Origin: Nitrospirales bacterium
GTDB taxonomy: Bacteria; Nitrospirota; Nitrospiria; Nitrospirales; UBA8639
Length of the DNA: 64,000 bases
Direction: 5' to 3'
NCBI GenBank assembly: GCA_965223295.1
Contig: CBDCWC010000002.1
Span: 160,001-224,000 of the forward strand
Numbering within the stretch: position 1 is the first letter of the stretch; every line of letters starts with the position of its first letter. The position numbers and the translations under genes were made by a program. The notes beneath the pieces were generated by a model. The model searched no databases and was not told the DNA's origin. It was given only the letters and a program-made list of their open reading frames with translations. This document shows, in pieces, positions 20,104-31,159 of the stretch.

Positions 20104-20682
20104 ATGGCCCTAAAAGAGTCAACGATGCTGGCATTAGGTACAGCTCTGCCGAACTTTGCTCTACCCGACGTTCGCTCTCAAGAAATTATTCGACCTAAAA
20201 ATTTTGAACATCGATCAGCGCTCCTAGTAATGTTCATCTGTCGGCATTGCCCCTATGTTGTGCATGTGCAGGAGGAACTTACGAGACTGGCAAAAGATTA
20301 TGAAGGAAAGAACCTTGGAGTGGTGGGTATCAGCAGCAACGATGTCGCGGGTTATCCTGCTGATGCTCCTCCACGGTTAAAAGAGATGACAGAGGAACTG
20401 GGGTGGAAATTTCCCTACTGTTATGACGAGTCCCAGGCCGTGGCCAAAGTCTTCACGGCTGCCTGCACGCCAGACTTTTTTGTGTTCGATGGTCAACGGC
20501 GTCTAGTCTATCGGGGACAATTGGATGCAAGTCGGCCGGGGAATGGAAAGCCAGTGACGGGTCAGGATCTACGGGCAGCTCTAGATGCCGCATTAGCGGG
20601 TCGACCTGTTACCATTCAGCAATGCCCCAGTGCAGGTTGTAATATCAAATGGAAACCTGGAAACGAACCTGAGTATGCCTAA
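20104..20682 (+). CDS. Thioredoxin-fold AhpC/TSA family protein
   Basis: FICRHCPYV, AACTPDFF, YRGQLD, SAGCNIKWK. Confidence 0.92.
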   Translation: MALKESTMLALGTALPNFALPDVRSQEIIRPKNFEHRSALLVMFICRHCPYVVHVQEELTRLAKDYEGKNLGVVGISSNDVAGYPADAPPRLKEMTEELGWKFPYCYDESQAVAKVFTAACTPDFFVFDGQRRLVYRGQLDASRPGNGKPVTGQDLRAALDAALAGRPVTIQQCPSAGCNIKWKPGNEPEYA

Positions 20683-20886
20683 AATGACTTAGAACGACGT
20701 ATCATGGCGAGAATCTTTACCCATCGATTTTTTCAGCTTGTTCTCCCTTATCTTCACGGCTCAAGTATTCAGAAAACTCTTATTCAGCTTGAAGTGGAGT
20801 CGACAACCCAAGACTGCTACTTCAGCTAGACTGTTGTTGTGACATACAGAGTAAACTGAGCCACTTGTTGAATATACAACGTCTTT

Positions 20887-21988
20887 TTATAGATTGACTA
20901 TTAAGTCTGGAAATTCTTTTTTGAGGGCGGAAAGAATTGAATTAAGAGAAAGTATTTGAAAGCTGTGAAAAACGCCTGGTGCGTGGGCCTTTGATAGGAT
21001 TTGAGACGCTGCTTCAACCGTAATAATTGCTGTCATCAAACCCTCCTTGCGACCAATGATGCTAAGGGTTTGTGTTTTTGTTGGGCTCATTGTTGAGTCT
21101 TGGGCCCGTGCTGCAACAATACAAGTATCTGATCCGATACGCACATGCATGACTAGCCATACGGCAATTGATCTTATCATATTGTATCGCAAAAGTGTGC
21201 TAAGCCCGGTACGAGAGAGTACGGTAAAAAAGCCATGTCATGACGCGAGTGTCAAAGCGAAGCCAAGTGGAAACGCTTGGAATCCTGTATATGCGTCTAA
21301 CCGTGTGCTGATCTGGAAAGTTAAACCGAAATGCTGGGCGAGCAAGGTCGTTAGCCCATAAAGAGATGTTGAGACACTCTCCAAAGCTTTTCACTGCTTT
21401 GGGCTGGCCGTGTTCTTGTACTGAATAGGTCGCGTTGAAGTTATCGAATATCCATTCACAAGCTGCTTTTCCATGTTGATCTCCCAGGCCAAATTCGAGA
21501 ACAATGTCGAGTCGGGCAATATGCTTCATTTGTTTCAGTAACTGTACGGCTAACATGTTTGACAATCCTGGCGCTACTCCTACGCTTAACATCACGATTG
21601 CGTTGTGACGTTTTGCACAGTCATCAAGTTGTTCTAGCTGAGCTAGAAATTTGTCATTAGCACTGATGTCGATGTAGTGGATGCTCTCGAAGAGACATTG
21701 CTCCACGAATTTTGAGTTGGTCTGATCCAAGCACGAAATAACCAAGGCTACTTCGTTAAGCACATTCCCCAAATCTGTAGAGAGAATGTCAACGGAGCGG
21801 GGTTTTATTCCGAATCCGATGCTTGCTGCAATCGAGCTCGCCTTCTGCCAGTTACGTCCTGCAATGATCACACGGTTGGGAAAAAGTTTTGCGAGCCGTT
21901 CCGCAATCAAACGACCGACTTGCCCATATCCGCCAATAATTAGGATTTTATGGCGGGTTTTTAATGTACATTCGGTTTTCTGAATCAT
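20887..21988 (-). pseudogene. Saccharopine dehydrogenase-like oxidoreductase, frameshifted
   Basis: IIGGYGQVG, IIAGRN, HYIDIS, GVAPGLSN. Removing one base from the homopolymer at 21226-21231 joins 21200-21988 to 20887-21192 (WLFTVLSRTGLSTLLRY). Confidence 0.75.
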
Positions 21989-22021
21989 CTTTAAACTATA
22001 CTTTCATCTGTGCCGGGCGAA

Positions 22022-22868
22022 TCAGACTGTATTGAGGAATTGAATGATCGACTTGTTGACTTGTTCTGGGGCGTCGATTTGTACCCAATGACTGGCTTGC
22101 GGAATTCTTGCAATCCGAAGGTGAGGAACCCATTGGTGGAGCCCATCTATGAGACGAAGACCTAAATAGCGATCCTGCTCTCCCCAAATGACCAACGTTG
22201 GTGGTGTGATGAGTTCGGTGAACCAACGAGGATGACTCCAAAAATTCCGAAAATTGGCACGATAATAATTAATACCCGCCGTGAGTGCGCCGGGTTCTGA
22301 GAGTGCGGCTTTGTACATAGCAATATCCTGGGCGGTGAATGCATCTTTTCGCGCAGAGTCTCGGCGAAGGGCTCGATCCATTAACGCAAAATTGCCTGCT
22401 TTGAATACAATTTCTGGAATGTATGGCAGTTGAAAGAAGAAGATATACCATGACTTGAGCAGTTGGGTGAGCGTTTTCATTTCTCGCAGAAAAGTCGCAG
22501 GATGGGGAGCATTGAGAATGATGACACCTCCTACAAGATCAGGGTAGGCACTGGCTACCTTCCATGCGACTCCACCGCCCCAATCATGTCCGACGACAGT
22601 TGCCCGTGGTTGGCCAGTCTTATGAATGAGCTCTTCGACATCTTTAGCAAGAAGCTCTATTCGGTATTGATTCTTTCCGGTAGGCTTGTCGGATTTGTTG
22701 TAACCTCGTAAGTCTGGAGCGATTACATGAAAGCCGGCCTCTGCCAGTGCGGAAATTTGGAACCGCCAGGAATACCAGAATTCTGGGAACCCGTGTAACA
22801 ATACCTGCCTCTACATAATGTAGTCGCAAACCATTCACAATCGTCTCTCGATGTACAAAATTAGTCAT
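22022..22868 (-). pseudogene. Alpha/beta hydrolase (epoxide hydrolase type) with a 5' frameshifting deletion
   Basis: VNGLRLHYVEAG in one frame and VLLHGFPEFWYSW in another, with the usual short linker missing near 22803; GHDWGG, WGEQD, ASHWV. Confidence 0.8.
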
Positions 22869-22950
22869 TGCTATTATTTCAATTTAGAAATACCGCTCGT
22901 CACTATTTGATAAGATTGATGGATATTCTTGGTAAGAGCCTGGTTTATTC

Positions 22951-23115
22951 ATGAAAATTTTGGTTGTGACAATGGGTAGTTTTGGAGAGGTGCTTCCACT
23001 GCTTGGATTTGCGAAGAAGATCCAGGAACGAGGCCATGATGTCACATTCTTTACCAATAGTTATTTTTCTGAACTGATTCAGCAAGCTGGGAGTCTCTTT
23101 GGTTTCAACTTGTGA
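22951..23115 (+). pseudogene. N-terminal remnant of a GT1 glycosyltransferase
   Basis: MKILVVTMGSFGEVLPLLGFAKKIQERGHDVTFFTNSYFSELIQQAG, similar to the N-terminus at 43855; stops after 54 aa. Confidence 0.8.
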
Positions 23116-23211
23116 TTCCCCTTGGTCTTGCCACGGGGTTCTTTATATCAGAGGAGTTATTTCATCAAGAGGCGGTGGGGAGCAGTTGGTGATAGCATGC
23201 GTGGCACTTTG

Positions 23212-23676
23212 CTAGTCATTCTCTTGCATGCTCTTGTCTTCAATTGGCAGATGCTCATTGGGTCTTACTTGGGTATGTGGTGAGGCAACGACCTCCGCAA
23301 GTTTGGCTAATGAGATAATTGTGACCCCTTCAACAATCTGATCATAAAGGTGCCCAAAGTCCTTTCTATCGCCCGTAGCCAAGTATTGGCATTGAGAGCG
23401 AATAGCCGTACAGAGAATTGGTTGATCTTTTTCGGAGAGCTCTACTGGAAGATTGAATTGGCTTGATGGGACAACCTGAATCTGATGGAGCAAACGTTGT
23501 AGATGTATCGCCCACATTGGGCGCTTGACTTGGATGTTTCGGCGGGCTTCTTCTGCGGAGAAGTCGCTGGTTATCACTTCGTCAGTCTCAAGGAGTCGGT
23601 AAATTAAGCGAGCGATGTTACTTTCTCGATTACTGGCAGAGAACACGACATTTGCATCAAGAAAGACTCGGATCAT
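23212..23676 (-). CDS. PIN-domain toxin (VapC-like)
   Basis: VFLDANVVFS, EEA, KDQPIL, LATGDRKDFG. Confidence 0.9.
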   Translation of the reverse strand: MIRVFLDANVVFSASNRESNIARLIYRLLETDEVITSDFSAEEARRNIQVKRPMWAIHLQRLLHQIQVVPSSQFNLPVELSEKDQPILCTAIRSQCQYLATGDRKDFGHLYDQIVEGVTIISLAKLAEVVASPHTQVRPNEHLPIEDKSMQEND

Positions 23677-23691
23677 GATGCGTTGATGAAG

Positions 23692-23922
23692 CTATGCTTT
23701 AGGTGGGAGTAGATTGCCAATGACTTCATCGTCACTGGCAAATTCTTTAATCCGATCTTCGGTATAGATTTCTATTGGTACATTGAATGCTGGGCGGAGT
23801 AATAAACCTTGTTCTGTATCCTCGATGATTAATTCGTCATTAGCTTTAATCCCAAAACTCTCTCGCATCTTTGCTGGGATCGTGAGAGTTCCTCGTTCGC
23901 TAATAGTCACCTTGCTTTTCAT
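23692..23922 (-). CDS. AbrB/MazE-family antitoxin
   Basis: ISERGTLTIPAKMRESFGI...GLLLRP, directly upstream of the PIN gene. Confidence 0.9.
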   Translation of the reverse strand: MKSKVTISERGTLTIPAKMRESFGIKANDELIIEDTEQGLLLRPAFNVPIEIYTEDRIKEFASDDEVIGNLLPPKA

Positions 23923-23989
23923 GAATGCAGTATAGCAGTATTCCCGAGTTTCTGGAGAGTTTTAAAGTTCTAGAGTGGGGAATGAATGA

Positions 23990-24236
23990 GCGAGTGTTGA
24001 CTAATGAGATAATCGAGAGCCTGAGTTCGCCAGGAAGACGTTGGAAGTCTCGAGTTCAAAACAGTCTGTTCAGCTAGGCCACAGCCATTATTGTTCGCAG
24101 GGTGTTCTGGCACAACGTGCACACCAACAATTGACGACCTGCCTTCACAAAGCCGCTTTCAGCCTTCGTAGCCACTGCGGCGAAGGAGGCCCGGCGAAGC
24201 CAGGGAACGCCGCTGGCAGATTTTTTAAACAGACCC
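23990..24236 (+). mobile_element. MITE family A, degenerate copy with nested hairpin repeats
   Basis: GCGAGTGTTGAC...TTTTTTAAACAGACCC; nested insert 24138-24204; no target duplication visible. Confidence 0.75.
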
Positions 24237-24399
24237 GTTCTATGATTTTCTGTTTCTACTCCCCAAGCAGGCCGTTAATTTATCAGATTTTTTGAATTCA
24301 GGTATGTACCAAATTATTCAGTGTTTGGTAAGGGAACTGATCTCTGTTATTGCAGACCGTTTTGTCTTTGCGAAAACAACGTGTGAGGTTCACAATTTG

Positions 24400-25212
24400 T
24401 TAAGTCGAGGCCTTTGTGTTTCGATAACCTCGAATAATCATGATGACGCCGAGGGCGATCATGGGGACGCAGAGAAGTTGGCCCATGGTTACCCATTGAA
24501 AAATAAATCCTAGGTGGCTGTCGGGTTCCCGGAAAAATTCCACAAAAAACCGTGCGACGCCATAGCCAGCAATAAAGGTCCAAAAAATTGTGCCCGGTGG
24601 CGTGGACCAGCGATTGATGATTGTGAGGAGAAGGAAGAGTGCGATTCCTTCCAGTCCGGCTTCATAGAGCTGAGAAGGGTGCCGGCATTGGGGTCCTCCT
24701 TGAGGGAAGACCATACACCAGTCTACATCTGTTGCCCTTCCGAAGAGTTCCCCATTGATAAAGTTTCCCATTCGTCCAAATCCTAATCCAATGGGCGCGG
24801 CTCCTGCAGCCAAGTCGGCAATGGAGCCCATGGCAAAACCTCGTTTTTTGCAGAACAGTACAAGGGCCACGCAGACTCCCAGTAACCCACCATGGAAGGA
24901 CATTCCCCCTTCCCATACGGCAAAAATTTTGAGTGGATTTTCTAGATAAAATGGAAGGTTGTAAAACAGGACATAGCCTAGTCTTCCCCCAATGAAAACT
25001 CCGAATGCTGCAAACACAATTAAATCGGAGAGTTGTTGTGGTGAGAGCGGGATCTCTTTTTGAGCGGCCCTGGCTTTGATGAGCCAGTAGGCGCCACCTA
25101 AGCCCAACAAATACATCAACCCGTACCACCGGAAGGCCAAAGGACCGATTTGAAAAAAGATGGGATCAATCTCAGGATAGGAGAGCTGTGCGAGGCTGTG
25201 GAGGAAGTTCAT
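24400..25212 (-). CDS. lgt: Prolipoprotein diacylglyceryl transferase
   Basis: RWYGLMY, GGRLGYVLFY, GGMSFHGG, GRMGNFINGELFGR, RHPSQLYE, EFFREPD. Confidence 0.97.
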   Translation of the reverse strand: MNFLHSLAQLSYPEIDPIFFQIGPLAFRWYGLMYLLGLGGAYWLIKARAAQKEIPLSPQQLSDLIVFAAFGVFIGGRLGYVLFYNLPFYLENPLKIFAVWEGGMSFHGGLLGVCVALVLFCKKRGFAMGSIADLAAGAAPIGLGFGRMGNFINGELFGRATDVDWCMVFPQGGPQCRHPSQLYEAGLEGIALFLLLTIINRWSTPPGTIFWTFIAGYGVARFFVEFFREPDSHLGFIFQWVTMGQLLCVPMIALGVIMIIRGYRNTKAST

Positions 25213-25399
25213 GAATGGTTTTGGGGGAAAATGTTCAAAAGGAATACTGCTAGGGAATTGTGGAAGGGCGCACGCCTCGCTTACACTAGCGTGACGATCC
25301 AGAAGATTCGAATTACTCTGTTCTTATGTGTCTCAATGTTCCTATCATAACAATCTGGGAAAGAAAAGGTCGAATGCAAGATTACGAAAACTTTTTTAG

Positions 25400-26797
25400 G
25401 TGCAGAGCGTGAGTCCAATGGAAAAGGCTGAATCAATTTCGCGCTCCAACGGAGCCGAAACGATTTTGGATTGTATTAGTGATGGAGTCATTACGATTGA
25501 CTTGCAGAAACGTGTGACGTTTTTGAATCGTGCTATGCAAGCCATGTTGGGGTATGAGGTGCCGGACACGGGCATGTTATTAGCTTGCGATGTACTGATT
25601 CAAAGCAATATCTGTTCAAGCCAGGATTGTGTCTTGGAGCGTGCGCTTCGGGGAGAGCGAGTGTCCAATTTTGAGGCGCTTGTGCGTCGGCGTGATGGAA
25701 AACAGATACCTGTGAGTATCAATACCGATTTTTTATTAGATCAAGATGGCAAGTTGATAGGGCTGATCGAAGTGATCCGAGATATTTCTTTGGTGCAAGA
25801 GTTAACAGCCAAAACGGCAGAAGTCTCTGAGCTAAAACATCGTTTGGGCGAGCAAAACCATTTCGATAATATCGTGGGGCGCAGCTCCATCATGGAGAAT
25901 ATTTTTTCCAAACTTCCCGCTATTGCGGCGTCAAAGTCCTCAGTGTTGATTACGGGTGAAAGTGGGACGGGGAAAGAACTGATTGCCTATGCCTTGCATG
26001 CGCATAGCCCAAGAAGACAAGCCCCATTTGTGGTCGTCAATGCCTCTAGCTTTTCTGAAGGCGTGTTGGAAAGTGAATTATTTGGACATGTGAAAGGTGC
26101 TTTCACGGATGCGTATGTGGATAAACCTGGACGTTTTGAAATGGCTAATGGAGGCACGATCTTTCTTGACGAGATTGGCGAGATGAGTTTAACGGCCCAA
26201 GTGAAATTATTGGGAGTCCTTGAGCGGGGGCAGTTTGAACGTGTGGGGTCCAATGAGACGGTTCGGGTGGATGTGCGAATTGTGGCGGCCACGAATCGAG
26301 ATTTGGATGAGGCCGTGCGGGAAGGCCGCTTTCGGGAAGATTTGTATTATCGGATTCGGGTCATTCCGATTGCCCTGCCTCCACTTCGCGAGCGATCTGA
26401 GGATATTCCGTTACTCGTCAGTCATTATCGCGAAAAATTTAATCGGGAAATGGGTAAACATATCGTTGGCCTCTCTCCTCAATCATTGATAGCTCTTGAG
26501 CAGTATCCCTTTCCTGGCAATATTCGTGAACTTCAAAATGTTATGGAACATGCGTTTGTGTGTTGTGAGGAAGAGACCATTCAATTTGACCATCTGCCAG
26601 CCGATCTACAGCGACATTATTGGGAACATCAAGAATGGGCCGCCTCAGAATCCTTAGAGGCTGTTGAGCGGCAGGCCATCTGTCGAGCGCTGGATAAATT
26701 CGGCTGGCACTATAAAGAGGCTTCGCAGCACTTAGGCATTGGGCGCTCCACTTTATGGCGAAAAGTGAAACAGTTTGGAATTAAACCAGAGAGCTAG
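25400..26797 (+). CDS. PAS-domain sigma54-dependent activator (NtrC/Fis family)
   Basis: PAS with C-x8-C-x4-C; GESGTGKE, ESELFGH, GAFTDA, FLDEIG, FREDLYYR, PGNIREL; Fis HTH LGIGRSTLWRK. Confidence 0.95.
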   Translation: MQSVSPMEKAESISRSNGAETILDCISDGVITIDLQKRVTFLNRAMQAMLGYEVPDTGMLLACDVLIQSNICSSQDCVLERALRGERVSNFEALVRRRDGKQIPVSINTDFLLDQDGKLIGLIEVIRDISLVQELTAKTAEVSELKHRLGEQNHFDNIVGRSSIMENIFSKLPAIAASKSSVLITGESGTGKELIAYALHAHSPRRQAPFVVVNASSFSEGVLESELFGHVKGAFTDAYVDKPGRFEMANGGTIFLDEIGEMSLTAQVKLLGVLERGQFERVGSNETVRVDVRIVAATNRDLDEAVREGRFREDLYYRIRVIPIALPPLRERSEDIPLLVSHYREKFNREMGKHIVGLSPQSLIALEQYPFPGNIRELQNVMEHAFVCCEEETIQFDHLPADLQRHYWEHQEWAASESLEAVERQAICRALDKFGWHYKEASQHLGIGRSTLWRKVKQFGIKPES

Positions 26798-26827
26798 TCA
26801 AAAGGATCCTCAAGCTAATTTGTATGA

Positions 26828-27023
26828 TGTTTCATTTTGGAATCAATTGCTACTAGTTGGTATCTAATGGTAAAATCTATAAAATAATCAATTATTTATA
26901 ATTTTTTAAGCATTTAATAAACATATCTTACGTTTCACTTTGAAACGGCACTTCTGCTAGTTTTTTAAAATAACTTATAAAATCAATAGGTTAGAAAAAA
27001 TGCTGTTCGGTATCTCCTTTGCA
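26828..27023 (+). promoter_or_regulatory. Complete sigma54 promoter: two enhancer palindromes, two IHF sites, -24/-12
   Basis: TGTTTCA-ttt-TGGAATC (26828); perfect CGTTTCA-ctt-TGAAACG (26931-26947); AATCAA-N4-TTA at 26886 and 26981; CGGTATCTCCTTTGCA (GG-N10-GC) at 27008-27023. Confidence 0.8.
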
Positions 27024-27085
27024 CAATAAGATAGACCTAATGATTTATTTATATTTTCTTACGTTTTTAGGAAGGGGTACAGGAT

Positions 27086-27289
27086 ATGGATTGTCCTCGG
27101 TGCAAGGGAATCATGATTCAAGATAAATTTGGCGACGTGGCTGATGAAGCTGGTGCCATGTATTTCTCGGGTTGGCGTTGTATTACCTGTGGAGAAATTT
27201 TAGATCCAGTCATTGCGGCCAATCGCAGCCATCGTCATGAGCCGCTCATTGGGCGTTCGCGTAAAAAATTTGCCACGCAATTAGGTTAG
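27086..27289 (+). CDS. Small Cys4 metal-binding (zinc-ribbon-like) protein
   Basis: MDCPRCKG...WRCITCGEILDPVIAANR; purine-rich RBS; directly behind the sigma54 promoter. Confidence 0.85.
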   Translation: MDCPRCKGIMIQDKFGDVADEAGAMYFSGWRCITCGEILDPVIAANRSHRHEPLIGRSRKKFATQLG

Positions 27290-27495
27290 AGATTGTGATT
27301 TCGTAGTTCTCTCCTCACCAATCTTCGAAGTTTCCCATGGTCTATTTGGGTGAGATGTGATGGGTTGGCTCTTGTTGTTGAAAGGAGTCGTTGGCAAGGT
27401 GTGTCCTCCTCTGGAAATCAAAGCTATATGTAGAGGGATGGTTGTTCATGCTAGTATGAATTGAACAAATTGGGAGTCCAAAAGGAGAATGGTTT

Positions 27496-28398
27496 ATGGC
27501 TGACGAACAACAATCTCAGAGTTCCCCTGCTGCTGCTGCGAATCAGCCACAAGAGAATCTGATTCCTGGGGTGAAGCATGTTATCGCGGTAAGTAGCGGA
27601 AAAGGGGGAGTTGGTAAATCGACTGTGACAGTGAATATGGCTGTTGCGTTACGGCAAGACGGGTTTCAGGTCGGTGTCATGGATGCTGATATTTATGGGC
27701 CGAATCTCCCCATGATGATCGGGGTCACTCAGGAACCTGTGAAGGACGGGGAGAAAATTACTCCAGCCGAGGGACAGGGGGTAAAAGTTATCTCTATGGG
27801 GTTTTTTGTGCCAGAGGATACCCCCGTGGTTTGGCGAGGTCCGATGGTTCATGGGGCCATTCAACAGTTCTTCCGTGATGTCGTCTGGGGTGAACTGGAT
27901 TATTTGTTGATTGATCTTCCTCCAGGAACGGGAGATGTCCCCTTAACGCTTTCTCAGCTTGTGCCCTTGACCGGGGCTATTACGGTCACGACTCCACAAG
28001 AAGTGGCCCTGTCTGATGTTCGTAAAGGCATGATGATGTTCAAAAAAGTAAATGTGCCATTGTTGGGTGTGGTGGAAAATATGAGCTATTTTGTGTGTGG
28101 ACATTGTGGGGAACGTAGTGAGATTTTTTCCTATGGCGGTGGAGAGGAGGCGGCGAAAAAATTTGACATCCCGTTTCTTGGCCGGGTTCCTCTTGATCCA
28201 GCCATTCGACAAGGGGGCGACTCGGGCAATCCGATTGTGGTGAACAATCCGGAGTCACCTCAGACGCAAGCCTTTTTCCAGATTGTACGGACACTTGTGA
28301 GCCAAATAGAACAAGGAGAGAAGAGCGAAGCCGGATCAGCTTCGACTCTGTCTAGTATGCTGAAAAAAATAAAAGACCCGATCCAGAAATCATCGTAG
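27496..28398 (+). CDS. apbC: Mrp/ApbC/NBP35 Fe-S cluster carrier ATPase
   Basis: [46 protein letters not shown]. Confidence 0.95.
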   Translation: MADEQQSQSSPAAAANQPQENLIPGVKHVIAVSSGKGGVGKSTVTVNMAVALRQDGFQVGVMDADIYGPNLPMMIGVTQEPVKDGEKITPAEGQGVKVISMGFFVPEDTPVVWRGPMVHGAIQQFFRDVVWGELDYLLIDLPPGTGDVPLTLSQLVPLTGAITVTTPQEVALSDVRKGMMMFKKVNVPLLGVVENMSYFVCGHCGERSEIFSYGGGEEAAKKFDIPFLGRVPLDPAIRQGGDSGNPIVVNNPESPQTQAFFQIVRTLVSQIEQGEKSEAGSASTLSSMLKKIKDPIQKSS

Positions 28399-28432
28399 AC
28401 TGCAGGGCAGTTGCCTGAAAAAAGGAGAGCGT

Positions 28433-28738
28433 ATGGGAGAGTGGATTCAAATTACTAAAACCGATGACGTGAGTCCTGGAAGTGGAATTGTTGTTGAAGT
28501 CAACGATAAATGTCTCGCGGTCTTTAATGTGGATGGGGCATTTCATGTCACGGATAACCTGTGTCTTCATCGAGGCGGGCCGTTAGGTGAAGGCGACCTG
28601 GAAGGGGAAACGGTGGCTTGTCCGTGGCATGGATGGGAATATAATGTGAAAACAGGTCATTGTCTGAACAATCCTTCCAGCAATATCAAAGCTTACGAGT
28701 CGATTGTAGAGGAGGGAGAAGTCAAAATACAGTTGTAG
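28433..28738 (+). CDS. Rieske [2Fe-2S] ferredoxin (NirD-like)
   Basis: CLHRGGPL and CPWHGW. Confidence 0.93.
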   Translation: MGEWIQITKTDDVSPGSGIVVEVNDKCLAVFNVDGAFHVTDNLCLHRGGPLGEGDLEGETVACPWHGWEYNVKTGHCLNNPSSNIKAYESIVEEGEVKIQL

Positions 28739-28788
28739 GCCACGCCCGGAATCGAATCTTCAATACTTCCTACCTTAATTGTTATGAT

Positions 28789-30723
28789 TCACATGGTGAT
28801 TTGATTGAGCACTTCGCTCAATTCAGTCAGTCGAAAAGGTTTGGCCACCACGCCGTGAAACCCAAAAGTTGAGTAGCGTGAAAGGACTGGATCGTTGCAG
28901 TACCCACTGGCCACAATGGCTTTGACATGCGGATCAAACTGGCGCAGTTGTTGAATTGTATCTTTCCCGCCTAAGCCTCCCTGGACTGTGAGATCCAAGA
29001 TCACCGCATTGAATGGTTGTCGTGCATGAAACGCTTCTTGATACCGTTCAAGGGCTTCTTTCCCTTCGGCAGCGCATTGCACATCATAGCCCAGGTATTG
29101 GAGCATTTCGCGTAATACCAGACGAATTGATTCTTCGTCATCCATGACTAACACCCGTCCTTCTCCTGTCAACGGCGAAGGTTGAGTGTTTGTGGCAGGC
29201 AGGGGTTCTCTGGCCGCCGGCAGGTAAATGACAAATGTTGTACTCTGGCCATGAACCGAAGTGGCGGTAATCGAGCCATGATGGTTTTTAATGATCGAAT
29301 AGGCCGTGCTGAGACCTAGCCCGTTGCCCGTGGTTTTTGTCGAATAGTAGGGGTCAAAAATCTTGTGTAACGCATGGGGTGGTATGCCGGTCCCATTGTC
29401 TTGGACCGTTAATTGTAAATAATCTCCTGGTGAAGGTAAGGCTTCTTTTTTCGCCTGCGCGTCGGTTAACGTCACATTTTCTCCGTGGATGAGCACTTGG
29501 CCACCGTTTGGCATGGCCTGCTGGGCATTGACGGCAAGATTGTGAATCACTTGGCCAATTTGGCCTGCATCAGCTTCTACGAGCCAGATGTCGTCAGGGA
29601 TATCGCATTGGCAACTGGTTGATGAACCGGACAGCGCAAATGCCGCCGCATCCGAAATCACCTGCTGCAATCCCAATGGTTTTTTGAGTGGGGTCCCGCC
29701 TTTGGCGAATGTGAGGAGTTGATGAGTGAGCTTTTTGGCTCGGAGCGAGGCATTCTCGGCTTCGGACAAAAAGTTGTATAAATGATCACGGGAATTTACC
29801 CATGCTTTCGTCATGGAGAGATTGCCTAAGATCGTGGTGAGCAGATTATTGAAGTCATGCGCAATCCCCCCGGCAAGAAGGCCGAGCGATTCCAATTTGC
29901 TCGCTTTCAGACGCTCTTCATCCAGACGAATCCGCTCAGTCATGTCACGTAAGATCAAGACGGCTCCCAAGAGATGCCCCCCTGCTCCTCGCAAAGGTGA
30001 GACACTGTAGGCTACCGGCCGTTCTCCCGTGGCTCGATCGAACAAGGGATAATGATCAAGCGGATTGAGAGAAGAGCCCAACTCCAAGACATGTGTGACG
30101 GGATGATCGTCTTCCTTTTTCAGACCAGCATCCAGAAATCGCACGACTTCTTCAATGGGCCGGCCCATCGCGTCTTGCTGTCGCCATCCGCACAGCTCTT
30201 CTGCCATCTGGTTCATGTAGGTGATACGTCCCTGCAAGTCTGTCGTCAAGACGCCTTCGATAATGGCAGAAAGCGTGATGGTCATACGTTCGCGTTCTTC
30301 GCGTAACATTTCCTCCGTGACCTTGAGGCGTTGCTCCTGCTGGATTTGCTCAAATGTTTGCGTCACAATAGAGGGGAGCAGCTCGATAAGGTTGCTGTCT
30401 TTGATGAAATAATCGCGAGCGCCGCGTTTCATCATTTTGACGGCAAGCCGTTCGTCACCTTGGCCCGTGACGACGATAAATGGAAGGGAACGGCCACGTT
30501 GTTTAAGATGATGAATGAGATCTTCGCCGGACATGTCTGTGAGTTGCAGGTCCAGAAGAAGAAGATCCGCGTGATGGTGTGAGAGCCAAGTCAGCGCGTC
30601 TTCGCCGCTATGGGCGAAGGCAGTCTGAAACCCTTCTCGAGTGAGGCACCGTTGGATGAGAGATATCAGACCTTGATGGTCGTCTACGATTAAGACGGTG
30701 CGTGAATCTGATCTGTCCTCCAT
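28789..30723 (-). CDS. Hybrid REC-PAS-histidine kinase-REC
   Basis: N-terminal receiver; PAS; GGIAHDFNNLL; NAQQAM; IFDPYYSTK; C-terminal receiver. Confidence 0.95.
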   Translation of the reverse strand: MEDRSDSRTVLIVDDHQGLISLIQRCLTREGFQTAFAHSGEDALTWLSHHHADLLLLDLQLTDMSGEDLIHHLKQRGRSLPFIVVTGQGDERLAVKMMKRGARDYFIKDSNLIELLPSIVTQTFEQIQQEQRLKVTEEMLREERERMTITLSAIIEGVLTTDLQGRITYMNQMAEELCGWRQQDAMGRPIEEVVRFLDAGLKKEDDHPVTHVLELGSSLNPLDHYPLFDRATGERPVAYSVSPLRGAGGHLLGAVLILRDMTERIRLDEERLKASKLESLGLLAGGIAHDFNNLLTTILGNLSMTKAWVNSRDHLYNFLSEAENASLRAKKLTHQLLTFAKGGTPLKKPLGLQQVISDAAAFALSGSSTSCQCDIPDDIWLVEADAGQIGQVIHNLAVNAQQAMPNGGQVLIHGENVTLTDAQAKKEALPSPGDYLQLTVQDNGTGIPPHALHKIFDPYYSTKTTGNGLGLSTAYSIIKNHHGSITATSVHGQSTTFVIYLPAAREPLPATNTQPSPLTGEGRVLVMDDEESIRLVLREMLQYLGYDVQCAAEGKEALERYQEAFHARQPFNAVILDLTVQGGLGGKDTIQQLRQFDPHVKAIVASGYCNDPVLSRYSTFGFHGVVAKPFRLTELSEVLNQITM

Positions 30724-31159
30724 GAAAAACCCTCCTTCAACAGAAAACCCGGGACATGGAACTCTGCGCGTCGAACGTCACCTTGACGAAAAAATAAAGA
30801 CGAATGAGACACCGCACGCATCCAGGATGGCTGAGGAATGGTTGAAGTAGAGATCGGCACAGTAGCCGGGCTGAAATCAAACGCGAAATCTAGCTGGCTT
30901 TTGGCGGGGGACTGAAGCATTCAACTCTTGGCTGAATTCATGATTGGAAAAATAATGTGAAAAAAAAGGAACACAAATTTTAACGAAATTGTAAAAGGAC
31001 TGCAAGAGAAAATACAATGCGACATTGTCAATCTTCTTGAGAAAGTGGATCGGAGGAGCCATTGTTGCCTGTGGATAACGAACGTGAGACATGGCTTCCC
31101 CTGAAGGTTCTTGATACTATTGAAATATTGCCGTTTTCCACAGATAGTTTTCGCCAAAT

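Noticed and set aside
30690..31157. Short ORFs between the hybrid kinase and the ABC operon
   Set aside because: Overlapping, no recognisable motifs; probably a divergent promoter region.
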